Source: the human T2T-CHM13v2.0 reference genome, Homo sapiens
Length of the DNA: 64,000 bases
Assembly (NCBI RefSeq): GCF_009914755.1
Contig: NC_060934.1
Reading direction: 5' to 3' (one strand)
Part shown: piece by piece, positions 1 through 12,673 of the stretch
Position numbering within the stretch: position 1 is the first letter of the stretch
How the letters are laid out: each line of letters starts with the position of its first letter
Notes under the pieces: generated by a model
What the model was told of the DNA's origin: nothing
The model's database searches: none
Seen by the model: the letters and a program-made list of their open reading frames with translations, nothing else
Position numbers and translations under genes: made by a program

Positions 1-7
1 TGGGTCA

Positions 8-353
<346 letters not shown>

Positions 354-883
354 TTAAAATCCACTTGGCCAAAAAGCATTAATACCCACATTAGATACAG
401 ACATTTAAAATCCATTAAAGAACAATTTAAAAGACAAAAAATAAAAGAAATCCTAAAACCATAATCTTAAAACTCACAATCAAGTGCACACTAAGATAAA
501 GGACTGATTCCAAAACATAACCAAGAATAATCTCCAATCCAGAAGATGAAGCTGCAGGTCCTCCGTGAAGAGATCCTACTCGTAGACATGGCATGCTTTT
601 CTCGCACCATGACAGTGAAGAGAAAGGGGTTTCAGCACCATGCTGACCAGGTGTCTGTTCTTGTGCTTGCATCCTAAGGGAACCCGAGGGAGAGACCTGA
701 AGTGACTGCAACTATGAAAGTCTACTTGAGAGTCCCACTGAGTATGGCGAAATTTGTAAATTTCGGCATCTTCTTCCGAAATGGAATCTTCTTAAAATGG
801 AAAAAGAAAGTTGAAACAATCGCATCCTATAAACATGTATTTTTCTGCTCCAGAGCTGTCCTCTTGGTTGAATCTCTTTTCAC

Positions 884-1196
884 TTTTTTGAGACGGAGTC
901 TTGCTCTGTTGCCAGGCTGGAGTGCAGTGGCGTGATGTCGGCTCACCGCAACCTCTGACTCCCTGGTTCAAGCGATTCTCCTGCCTCAGCCTCCCGAGTA
1001 GCTGGGATTACAGGCACATGCCACTACGCCTAGCTAATTTTTGTATTTTTAGTAGAGATGGGGTTTCACCATGTTGGCCAGGATGGTCTCGATTTCCTGA
1101 CCTCGTGATCCGCCCACCTCGGCCTCCTAAAGTGGTGGGATTACAGGCGTGAACCACTGCAAATACTAAATTTATAAATTACTACTTCACCTGGCC
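884..1196 (-). mobile_element. AluS with a 28-bp insertion in its head
   Basis: Reverse-complement Alu. Flanks tcttttca(c/t)t resemble a target-site duplication (TSD). Confidence 0.9.
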
Positions 1197-1899
1197 TCTT
1201 TTCATTCTTTCAATGAAACAGTCTATTATTGATACTGATACCTGAATTTATATACATTTCCCAGCTTTAAAAAGATGTTCATTTTTTTAAAATCCTATTA
1301 ATAAACAAACATATGAAAACGTCAAAGTTTTAAAACTTTTGAGATCCTAGGTCTAGTTTCTTTAACTTCTCAGACTAAATATTCTATAAAATAGAAACTA
1401 CGCCAAGCGCCTACTAAGGCAAAATTGCCACAAATAAAAGACTTAATGGCAAAATACACCATGTACATGCAGTTACAGGGCAAAATCAGTCTCTACACTA
1501 TGAAAATCTGTACTAAATGGGTTTTTCATAAATATACTTTACCAATCTTTTTATATCATTATTTCATTATCTCTTATTAAAAAATAAATTTGAAAAAGTA
1601 AAACTGTATGGTGGCAAGATAATTTCAAATTACATTTTCCTACTTAGAAAACAGCTACATTTTGTAATGAGGAAGACTAGAAATGCTACCTTATTACTAT
1701 TGACAATGTCATACTAAATAAAATAAGGAAAGACTATGTAGTTTTAAATATAGTCTTACTGGAAATTAGTAAAGCATTAAACATAGAACTGTGACATATA
1801 CAAAGTAACACAGGTGAATACTAGGCAACAGCTACTCCATTAGAAGAGAATTAGCCTTCAAAGCATCAGGGGGTGCACCATTTTTGCCGTATGAAAAAA

Positions 1900-3850
1900 A
1901 TGCACATAAAAGACACAAAATATACTTATTACTTTTAGCATGTTAAAAAACAATCACATCAAAAAAGTATACAGATTAAAAAATGTCATAAATGACATAA
2001 GAAAATAGTGCTTGTGTGTATATATATATTTTTTGCACATATATATATATATATATATATAAAAATCTACAGTATTTACCACTGTTGATATATATATTTT
2101 GGAGCAGCTCAGATACTGCTATTATAAACTAAATTGTACAGCTTGGTTTATTACAAGTCACAGAATTATGGTTATATAATGGGAATTAATATCCTCAGCT
2201 ACATATTTATATACATTTATTTCTCAGCTTCCACCTGACCTGCATCAACAGCCCAGTTATTTCACCAGAATTTTGTTTGCGTTTCAATGTAGTGTTTAGC
2301 TTTAATACACTGCACTTGTTTTGCTATTTAATAACATCATTACCAAGTTGATCAAAATTACATTAGACTCATTATATACATAAAATATATTGTCACATTC
2401 ACTAGCTAAACAAACGTTACTTCCATTTTAAAAGACATACTTTTGTACCTTGAAAGTTTAAAGCCCCACCTTGCAACAGGAAGAAACATCAATGTCGGGT
2501 TTTCTACTATTCAAATATAAGCAATGTTGAAAACAAGCTCCCCAATTAAACACGAAGTCATACTCTCTTGGAGTGCCTAAATCTTTGTCAGTGTTTTGGT
2601 ATCTGTAGTGTAACAGAATATTTTTTAAAGACATCACTAATTTTTTTTTAAGCCAAGAACTTGAATTTGTTTCAATGAAAAAAAAAAAGATGTTCAAAAG
2701 CATGAAATCACACTGTATTTTTTAAAAGATCAAAATCCTAGACTCCTATGAAAAACTAGGATCATTTTTATAATTTTAACATGGACAATGTAATGGCCTG
2801 ATGAGGTGCAGCAATATCCGTCGACTACATTCCATAAAGAGGACAGAAATGGATTGTATAAATGGCCACCCTGGGACCTTCGTGGGGAGAAGCCATGTGA
2901 GTCGAGGCAGAAGAAAGAAGTAACCACACTGCTAATGCAGTTAGTGTGGCTGCCCCACATGAGTACTGTGAGCACTGAGGGATCAGTAAGCTGCAACTTC
3001 TCCTGCTCTGAGATTCGCAAGAGTCAGACCAGAACAAAGGGCACAAACGCACTAAGACCAATCTCTTAGTATGTGGATGTGATAAGCACTGCTGCACCTT
3101 TGGCCGTAAACTTATTTTAAGTGCCCCGATTTTTAAGCACCATTAAGTGGTTAGCCTTTCTCTCCAATGTCTTTAATTTTCAGATTGAAAGAAAATGGCA
3201 ACAGCTGAAGGAGAATGATGAGCATTCTGTGAGACTGCAATTAATAAAGTCAGGACAAACTCTTCAGTCAGTTTAGGACCCAGGTTACAAATATATGAGA
3301 GGGAAAAAGAAAAACTGGACTAAAAGACAAGGAAAACAAGAATTACATATTATTCCATGGATCTGGATTAAAAGTAGTTTTTTAAAAAACGTTTCTTTAG
3401 CTCTGTGTTCAAATGTGGATGAACAGATGCCTATATCTATTAAAAGACACATACACTACATATAGCCTTAAAAATATCTATTCTACAGTTTTTTCAGTAC
3501 TTTGTAACATTAGTCAAAATAGAATGAGCCAACAGAGTAAAAATGTTCAGGTTTTGGAGAAAAACATAACCGGAACTGAGTAATAAATTACCACTGTGCG
3601 TGCATCCCTAAATGCTATTGCGATGTTTCCGGGTTAAATTCTAACAGGTCAGTGATGATGCAATTGAAACGCTCATCTTAAGCAGCATCTACGTGGGGCT
3701 GAAGACATTTCCCTGTATTCTTATTACTAACAGACAGGAGAGATGTGCGAGTTGTTTACAATAGTATAAATACTGCTTTGGCAATTATGAACATAGCAAT
3801 GTAGGTTTCACGTGGTTTCTCTCTCGTCTTTAGCAAGTACACGTCAAATC
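1900..3850 (-). other. USP6NL: USP6NL 3' UTR (distal end approximate)
   Basis: AU-rich sequence free of interspersed repeats after the stop codon. AATAAA occurs on the minus strand at 2147-2152 and 2216-2221. The cleavage site cannot be fixed from sequence alone. Confidence 0.6.
2017..2060. repeat. (TA)n microsatellites in the 3' UTR
   Basis: Two (TA)n runs separated by tttttgcac. Confidence 0.85.
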
Positions 3851-5259
3851 TCACAGCAACACTGACTCTTGGATGGAAAGCCCGTCCCGATTCCTGTAGT
3901 GGTAGGCTGGAGGCGGGGGCCCTGAATATGGATATCCAGATGGACTGGCATCTTCTGCGGCCGGTGAAGCTTTATATCTCACGGGACTATCTACAGAAAC
4001 TGCAGGGAGGCCATGGTCCTGAAAGGGTGCGAGTTGAAAGGCTGAGTATTTTGGTAAATTGCCACGGCTAGCATCTCGGGTCCATGATTGTCCCTGCGTC
4101 TCAGGTCTGTATGTATAACTAACTTCTGACCATGTTCTGTTATCTGGCAAGTAATCCACTGGTGGAATGATCAATTTTCCATTCTTTGGTGACCCTGAAT
4201 TGCCCGAATATCCCCCAGCACCAGTGTCAACAGGGAGGACTTCTATTCGACTAGACGGCAGTACAAGGGGGCTTGGGCGGCTGTAAGATTTCTCCGGAGA
4301 AGCACTGACGGAAAGAGTAGAACCATGAGGTCTCCTGGAAGGATTCAGTTGAGTCCCAGGGCTAAACTGTGGAGAAGCAAAGCTGCTGTTGGCAGTAGGG
4401 AAGTGTTTGGGAGAGTTTCCGTGGTAAACGGGGGGATTGCTGTAGGAGGGGGGATGAGCTAGCCCTCGGGCTTCCCCATCTAGCTGGGACGGATATCGTG
4501 CATGACTTGGAGGCTGTACTTTAAAAGTAAACTTGTTGGATACTTTTGATGGACTAGAACTTGGCTCAGCGTGCTTTCTCGGGCTGGGAGGGTAAAGGGC
4601 ATGCCGGGGGCTCTGGGAGTAAGCCCTTTCCAGCGCCTCCTCCACGGAAGCGCCGCTGTCCAGCTCCGGGCCTGGCACGTTGTCGTACTGCGATGCAGTG
4701 GAGCCCCGCTTCCCGTCCTCAGCATCCAGGGCCTTCATCTTTGGCCGCACGTTTGACACCCGCACCTCGGCAGGACCTGGGACGGTAACTGCGAGCGCGG
4801 GGTGCGCTGCTCGACCTTTGCCTTCCATGGTGTATTTGGCAGTTCTCTCTGTAGCTGAGACGTCTGACGGTTTATTCCATTTGGGCACAAACTCCTTCCT
4901 GATATTTGAAGTGGCGTTGCTATTTTGGTTGGCAGCTGCGTGATTATATTGCCTGGAACTGTCCTGTGGACCCGATGGGAGTTTTCTTTGAAAATCTGCC
5001 TCATCTTTAAGCTTTTTGCTCTCCTCCTCCACCGATTTCCGTCTTGGCGGCTGTGCTCTCTCGGGCGTCCCGGTCCTGCTCTGGGGGTGCGGGGAGTGCT
5101 CGTGCCTCCTGTGGGGCGCCCCGCTCTCCCTCCTGCCGCTGGCCAGCGGGCTCGGCCGGCCCACGCTCCTCTGTCCGTTGCTCAAGTGATGGACGCCCCA
5201 AGACTGAAGTTCAGGTGGAAGCTGCCCCAAGGGCTTCTTTGGATATTCATCCTCTTTAC
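3851..5259 (-). CDS. USP6NL: USP6NL last exon, coding part (1409 nt): (G)KEDEYPKKPLGQLPPE...GLSIQESVLL*, a Pro/Ser-rich low-complexity tail
   Basis: ttttcag|GT AAA GAG GAT..., with TGA at 3851-3853. It includes the 459-aa ORF in the track. Summing the exon lengths gives 828 aa in total. Confidence 0.97.
4590..5190. promoter_or_regulatory. CpG-rich, island-like segment inside the last coding exon
   Basis: High GC with many CpGs (e.g. gcgagcgcgg, gcgggctcggccggc) against a CpG-poor background. Confidence 0.55.
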
Positions 5260-7003
5260 CTGAAAAGAAAGAGAAAGGCTAAGTAAGATAATACACGAGT
5301 AAACAGTAGCCAGTTGAAGCAATCCATTAGTAACAATGGCATGCTTTTCATCTGTGCACAGATACACGCTGACATACAACACACTGTCATACAACACACT
5401 GTTTATACCACTTACACACACTGTTTATACCACAGAAAGTTGGTAGCTGATGAGAGGTGTTTTTTAGAGACTGATACTAAAACATACCAACAGTCACAAT
5501 TAGGCCAAATGTACAGAGCAGGAGAGTGCCAGCAAGGAGGCGGTCCTCTGAGCATGGGCCTTGAGTCGGGGACAGGCAGGCACACATGCAGCCTTGAAGA
5601 GTGCGGCAAGGAATCTGGATTTTATTCCAAGTTAACTATAAAATACTAGAGGCTTTTCAGCAGAAGAATTACACGACCTCATGTCTATCTTAGAAAAATA
5701 ACTTTAATGGTGGCCGGGATTTCGATTGTGGTACTACTGAATGATGTGACACTAATGGCTGGTACTCACTAGGCAGTCACTGCGCGCTGGCCACTGCTCA
5801 GAAAGCTGTACCTGTAAGGCCTGCGATAGGCAGACAGTGCAGGGCTCTACTATTTTCCCACATTTTGATGGAAAATGGAGGCAGAAACTAACCTGCCCAA
5901 AGGCTCACCACTAGCAAGTCACAGGTCCAGAATTCAAACCCTAAGCTGATTCCAGAGCCTTTGATCCTCCTCCTCCACTATACCACCGTGGAGGCAGTGA
6001 GAAGAAGTTGCTTCCTGGGTAATTGTTAAGGCAGTATCTGCACACCTGCTCAATGTGTTAGATGTGAACTGTGAAAGAGCAAGCAGCGCATAGCATAACT
6101 CCTGGCCTGAGACAGCCACAGGCAGATCCTATTCTGGAACAGCTGGCAGAACCCACGTTGTTCTTATACCTTTTGGTAAGAAATATATTTTATAATATGT
6201 GGACCAATTATTTCAATTGGCAACCCAAACTTTAAAATGCTTGTAATTCAGAAAAGTTTTCTTTGTTTTATGAATGTGTATGTGAAATAACCTTGAAATG
6301 CCAGGAATGGAGAAAGTAGACTTTAAATACTAGCAAGTCAAGAATACTTCAAGTAGTTATTCAGCACATCAGGTTAAAAAGTAGCAATAAAAATAAAATT
6401 AAAACCTATCCAGATTCCTCCAAAAGTTTTTTTCTATCAGCTCTACAAATAGGTAGTCATCCATTTAGTCCCAGATAAATATATGAATGCCTTCTTCCCT
6501 GTAGGCAAATAATCCCAACAAACACAATTTATCAAGAAGATATAAAGACATGAATAATAGAAAGACTGAATTTATAAACTTTCCTTTAGTCCTCACTGTC
6601 TGACAGTTTTCTAAGGGCAGAACCCAGTAATCTGATTGGCTAATTCAGTGGCTGGCTGATATTCCATCAGACAGCAATATCAGCCAATCATCAAAACATC
6701 CTTTTCAGGTTAGCAAGAAGAAACCTGATGAAAAACATAACCATTAAAGAAAAGGAAAACTGTGACGCCCAGAGTGGTGAATGCATGCCTGAAGATGCAC
6801 TGTCACAGGGGCAAAACTGGATTCGCTGCAGAGACTGTCACACTGAGCCCTGGAAGCTGCCTCACTTCTCCACCACTCACTGGCCTGCAGAGAGCCACCA
6901 ACTTTTTAGCTCACATGAAATAATTTAAAATGTCTTTTAAGATTCTCCATAGCAGTATTTAAAAAACAAACAAAACCAAAAAAGGAATAGATTTCCAGCT
7001 GGT

Positions 7004-7033
7004 CTGCTGCTGCTGCTGCTGCTACTGCTGCTG
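7004..7033. repeat. (CTG)6 CTA (CTG)3 triplet repeat (CAG in the pre-mRNA)
   Basis: Read directly from the sequence. Confidence 0.9.
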
Positions 7034-7819
7034 TGCCTGTACGTGCTCTCCCCACACCGTGCTGGCAGCGGAAGCACCCAAGCTGCTCTCAGTGCTGCCT
7101 GGAGGTGCCCAGATTCTGAGTTCCATGTTTCAGTCTGCATCAATTCTCAATTCTCAATTAATGAAAACTCAATTCACCTGACATGAGGCGTTTCTAAGGG
7201 CAGCTACCCTTAGCTCTATATCCCCAATCTCAAAACTGGATTGTTTTAAATAAATTTTAGGGACTGCCTTTTTCTGTTAGCAAAAAGTCACCTACTTCAT
7301 TATTTGTGATAATTTGCTTGTATGGTCCTAGCACATTTTCAGTGTCAACAATGTAATGAAACAAACTACAGTGATTATAATAAAATGTATTTTATACAAC
7401 CCCATCAAAAAAACAACTGGGCAAAGCAAATGTGGAAGGTAGACACAGGCAGTAACAACCCTATAGGGGCATTTAGAGTTCCAATACTTTGCAGATTTCT
7501 GTATGCAATTTTCTATGTCTTGTGGTCACCAATTTATTCCTGAGAATGGTTAACATGGGTTCGGCTTCCAAAGTGTTTTCCCTAGACACTCAGCTATCAC
7601 TATTTATTGATGATAATCAAGTAAAATCATACCCCTTTTAAGTGTGGTAACCCAGAATTTAAGCAATATTCTAGGTTTGAACTAAGATGGGCGATTACTT
7701 CCCTCATCCTGAACACTGTAGTGGAGAGTGTATCAGCTATCTGGCGGTCACACTGTACTGCCCTCCCTTTAGAGACAATGTTTCCCAAATGTTGTTAAGC
7801 TGTGTGTCTCCAAGGCACA

Positions 7820-8030
7820 GTGGGAACAGCAGGGTCAACAGGAACAAGTGACCTGAATTTGAATCTGCCACAATAAGCTGTGTGAACTTGGGAGTCTCAG
7901 AATTCTCATCCATAAATGAAAACGGCAATATCTATTTTATAGATCCGCTATGAGGATAAGAGTTAATATATAAAGAAAAACCTAGCATATTTCCCGACAT
8001 ATAGAAGATGCTTAGGAACTGGTAGTTGCT
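7820..8030 (+). mobile_element. MIR
   Basis: ctgtgtgaacttggg...ctcagaattctcatccataaa resembles the MIR core. Confidence 0.6.
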
Positions 8031-8041
8031 ATTACTCTATA

Positions 8042-8378
8042 CAGTCATGCATCACTTAATGACAGGCATATGTTCTGAGAAATAAGTTGTCAGGCAATTT
8101 CATCACCGTGTGAACATCAGAGTGCACTAATACAAACCTAGATGGCACAGCCTACTGCACACCGAGGCTCTATGATACAGCCTACTACTCCTCAGCTACA
8201 AACACATACAGCATGTTACTGTACTCAATACTGCAGGGTCACTGGAACACAGTGGTAGGTATTTGTGAATCTAAAGATAGAAATGGGACAGTGAAAATAC
8301 GCTATTTTCGGCTCACAGGGCCAGCATTCTATATGCAGTCCACTGTTGACCGAAAGTTCATTAAGGAGCTCATGAGGG
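8042..8378 (+). mobile_element. Tigger3a/MER7-like TcMar DNA transposon (MITE)
   Basis: Starts ta|CAGTCATGCATCACTTAA and has the internal ACAAACCTAGATGG...CAGCATGTTACTGTACT signature. Confidence 0.8.
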
Positions 8379-11300
8379 TAGCTGTTTTTAGACAGGTTCA
8401 AAGTGCTTTACATTGATTCCTATCTCAATTTATCTTACTTAGACTCATCATTTCAATCTGGGATCTCCCTGGAATTTTACATTAATTATACCTCCCCATG
8501 TGACGCCATCCACAAATCTGAACACCACGCTACCAATGCTTTCATCCAAGTGACTGGTAACAAGTACTGAACTGAGTAAGAACAAAAATGGAGCACCCTA
8601 ACTTCTCTAAAAGGTAAAGAACTCTCAAAGGAAATGGAGGATGCCCTATATAGAAAAATTAAATAAAGAATATGAACAGGAAACTCAAAGAAGAAAAGAG
8701 CAGGTAAATATATCACAAGTTATCAGAAAAATGCAAATTAAAATACTTCTAAATTGGTATATCTCACTACTGTGGGCTTGGAGAAACAAATTCTCCAATT
8801 TGACAATGCATATTGAAATGTTTGATCTAGGAATTCCACCTCTGAGAATTTATCCTAAGACAATTAAGGGATATGCAAAATATTTGCTATAAGGATGTTC
8901 AAAACTGCATTCTTTTAGAAAACTTATATCCTCAGCATAGAGGATTTGTGAAATTCAGTAACAATTATGAAACAAAAATATGGTGAAATAAGGTATAGAA
9001 ACTTGTAGCAGCCTACTGCCATATTAATGTATTTTTAACACTAACTAGTTAAAAAGAAAGTTATAGACAATATGTGTAGTATAATCTCATTTACTATGAA
9101 TGACATACAGGCATAAATCAATACATATGTCTACAAAAATGACTGAAAGAAATAAACGCTAGTAGTCATTAATATAGTTTTTAAATGCTCTTAGATTGAA
9201 TGATTATTTTTCCTTAAGTACTACATATTTTTTCTGCTGTAAACATGTATTAATCTGAGTAACAGAGAAGTATGAAGTTTAAAAGCACAGAATACTGTTC
9301 TACAGGTAGGATGACATAAATCTGCAGTTTTGGTGTATGACTTGTAAAAAATATTTTTAGCTTATCCAAAAAAGTATTTTAAGACTTTGCCAGACACTTT
9401 ACTTTTGTTGATGGCATTCTTCCAATTCATTAAATGAGCAATCTTACCAAAAAACAAAGTCAGATTAATCAAGTATGGCATCGCTTGATGGAGTCATGAT
9501 GAGTGATCACCTTCTTTGCTTTCTGAGTGATCAAAAATCCATTTTTAATTAATCCATTTATTGATTCTTGCCTCAGACAGGCATCATGTTTACTTGTCTG
9601 TGATTTACATTATTCAACTTTAATCCTCTGTAAAAAGTGGAACTACATTTTTCTTATCGCTGCCCTTCAAACACCTGCTTGGCTCCACATCCTTTCCCAG
9701 ATGACTGTCAATCACAGTTCACTCAGTCGAATGGTATGTTCCAGGGTCTCTTAGTCACAGCTTGGCCGCACTTGGCTTCAAGTTCCTCCTATCAATATTT
9801 ATTCAAATGTTCTCATTCTAAAACCTCTTTTTCACTGAAAACATGGAAGCGAAACACTACTGGACTACTGCCTACACCCCTCACTCAGAGGAGTGGTCCT
9901 GTCCTTCCCCTAGTTCTCATTCAAATACACAGAGGCCCTTGGCTGGCGTTAGTTACAAGGACAGGGTAGGGAAGAGAGGTCAAGGACAGCAGCAAGATGG
10001 TTTCATAAAACACCAGTGTGGTGCAGGAAACAATAAACTGTAGCGTGGGAGTGGAGGGGAGGAGGTGTGGGAAAAATGCGGAACACCTTTGAGGAAAATG
10101 TTGCCATGGCATGGTCTATTCCTATGTTGTGATATTCACAGATTTTCATTCTGGAATCCTTTAGCCACAGAGGAGGCACATATCAGTAAAGACTGAGCTG
10201 GACACATAGTAAAATGTAGAATTACCAATATAAGGCATGTGTTTCTTAGGAGAAAGAAAAAACCAATTGAGAAGTAATGGAAGGACTGAGGTGGTAATTT
10301 CAGGCACAAAACAAAATGCAAAGGTATGTGTCATACATACGTAGGAGATTTAATTTTTTAATATAAGGACTAAGAAAAATATTTACCTTATAATTAATTC
10401 TACTTTATATTCCAGTAAACACAGAAATGTCTCTCTCTAAGGAAGAGGGCCTAATAGTCTACACATCACACATCTATGCATCATATTAGAATTAAAGGAA
10501 AAGTTTAACACGTTCCATTTATTGAATGGACAAGAGGCCAAAATGCACACTGGGGAAAAACAATCTGTGGCTGTTCTGCAATGTCCAAAAAGCAGCATCT
10601 TAAAGTTCTTTCATGGCAGCCCCTAATATCTTTTCCCTCCCCCTAGTAGGCTATAACCTACTTACTTCTTTTGTATTCCTTCCCATAGTATCTAAAAGCA
10701 TAATACAATCACAAGGAAGGTGTTGACAATGTTCGTTCACTCAACTATTCATATGAGTTAGAGTAATGACACACTGTCCATATACACAGGCAGAAACCTG
10801 AGGGTTATAAATATCCAAGATCCATATTGCTAAGAAATTAGATGTAGCAGGGTTCGGGGGGGAAGAAATCCAGTACAGACAAAATGACGCTGCCTCTAAT
10901 CCATTCCTAAATGATAACCTCTCTTTAGGAACTACTGTTTAAGAGGAATATGGCAAATACCTCAACTGTAGAAAAACATTTAGAGGTTATGGCCTCTTTG
11001 CTCTGCAGAGATTTTCAATAAGGATGCAAAAGGCAGGAGACAGGGATATAAGAAAGCCTTTCAAATACAGGTGCTGAAAAACCCATTCCTCCACATTTTA
11101 AAGACAATAAACCAAGTGAGGCTGGAGGCCCCGCACAGTGGGGGATGGGCATTCCCAAGTGCCCAGATCAGACTACAGGGCTGGGGTTTGCTTCACTTTA
11201 AACAGTGCCAGCTCACTCCTGCTTTCTAGAGTGATCCATGGCCAGGGAGCAGGCTAAATACTAACAAGTATAGCCCGTGCACGCTCATGATACCTGCACC

Positions 11301-12313
11301 AACGTCCATCTCCCATGAACATTTGCTGATGCTAACGCTGCGATTATGCCATCTACACATTTCTCCCACAGCTGCCTAACACCTCTGAATAGTGTAATAT
11401 TCTCAGAAATTCCACAATGAGCAGTGTATATACAGCTTACGTTTCCAGGGAGGCCCTCAGGCCCCCGGGGCAGCGCTGTGGAGGTAGTAACGCTGTGCCT
11501 CTCATGAGGAGGAGAAGCAAGAAGGGGTGGAGACAGTGAAGGAGAGGTGAGGAAGAAGGAAGACGTGGCGGGGAGGTCACGGAAGGCAAGTAATGGAGAG
11601 GACCAGAGAAGCAGCCAGCAGCGCAGAGGGCATGAGGATGGAGAAGGTGGAGGATGGAGGCAGCCGCAGGGAACCTCATGGAGGGCCCGCGGGGACTCGC
11701 TGGCTTTTCACAGCCTCTGTAGGGACAGAGGCCTCGGCTCCACCAGCAATACGGAACCCAAGGACGCCATGCCAGGATCTGGCCTCTACTATGATGAAGA
11801 GGAAAATCTCCTTGACTTCATTACAGAGGCGGTTCCTTTCTAGAGATTAATTATTCAACCTCCACTGAACTGAAAACACATCATGCAGACCCTGTAAGAA
11901 GGACGAATGCCATCACCAGTAACATTTTTATATGCCAATTAGTATTCTCTACCCTTCTTCACAGAAGTAGGTCCAAATAAAGCATTCAACATTTTGGTGT
12001 GATCTATTTTCAGAGCTATCTCAGCCTGCTTGAACTACCACCCCTAACCCCACCACACAAACACTGCTCTACTTGTCTTTGGTTTAAATATCTCCTTTCA
12101 CCCCTAAGCAACTAACTGTAACTAAAACATTCACACATAATTGATGTCAAAACAGAAAACTATATATAGGCAATAAGCATTCCTATTTATTATCCACGCT
12201 TGCATTCTGGGCTTCTTTTCAATAGACAGAATCATGTTTTTGCTCACTCCACTACAGTCTCATGCCTAAAATTTTATTTTCCCTTTCCTCTCCCTAAAAA
12301 CACAGGAATTGGA

Positions 12314-12640
12314 GGCCTGGCCTGGTGGCTCACGCCTGTAATCCCAGCACTTTGGGAGGCCGAGGTGGGCGGATCACGAGGTCAGGAGATGGAGACCATC
12401 CCGGCCAACATGGTGAAACCCAGTCTCTACTAAAAACACAAAAAATTAGCTGGGCGTGGTGGCAGGCACCTGTAGTCCCAGCTACTTGAGAGGCTGAGGC
12501 AGAAGAATGGCGTGAACCCAGGAGGCGGAGCTTGCAGTGAGCCGAGAACGCCACTGCACTCCAGCCTGGGCGACAGAGTGAGACTCTTGTCTCAAAAACA
12601 AACAAACAAAAAAAAAAAACACCACCAACAACAAAAAACA
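12314..12640 (+). mobile_element. AluY/Sc-like element
   Basis: Full dimer with TSD aca(c/t)aggaattgga. Confidence 0.92.
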
Positions 12641-12673
12641 CCCACATAGGAATTGGAATAAAGACTTACTGCC

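Noticed and set aside
2068-3775. miRNA seed matches in the 3' UTR (miR-144 at 2068-2075, miR-23/181 at 2393-2401, miR-29 at 3136-3142, miR-200b/c at 3769-3775)
   Set aside because: 7-8-mers occur by chance in a 2-kb AU-rich UTR and cannot be supported without conservation or AGO-CLIP data.
3851-5230. The 459-aa ORF as a stand-alone single-exon gene
   Set aside because: Its start is a TTG inside the USP6NL last exon. The frame continues to the splice acceptor at 5259 and joins the upstream exons.
4480-5286. Many overlapping short ORFs on both strands
   Set aside because: These are expected from stop-poor GC-rich coding sequence and resemble no protein I recognise.
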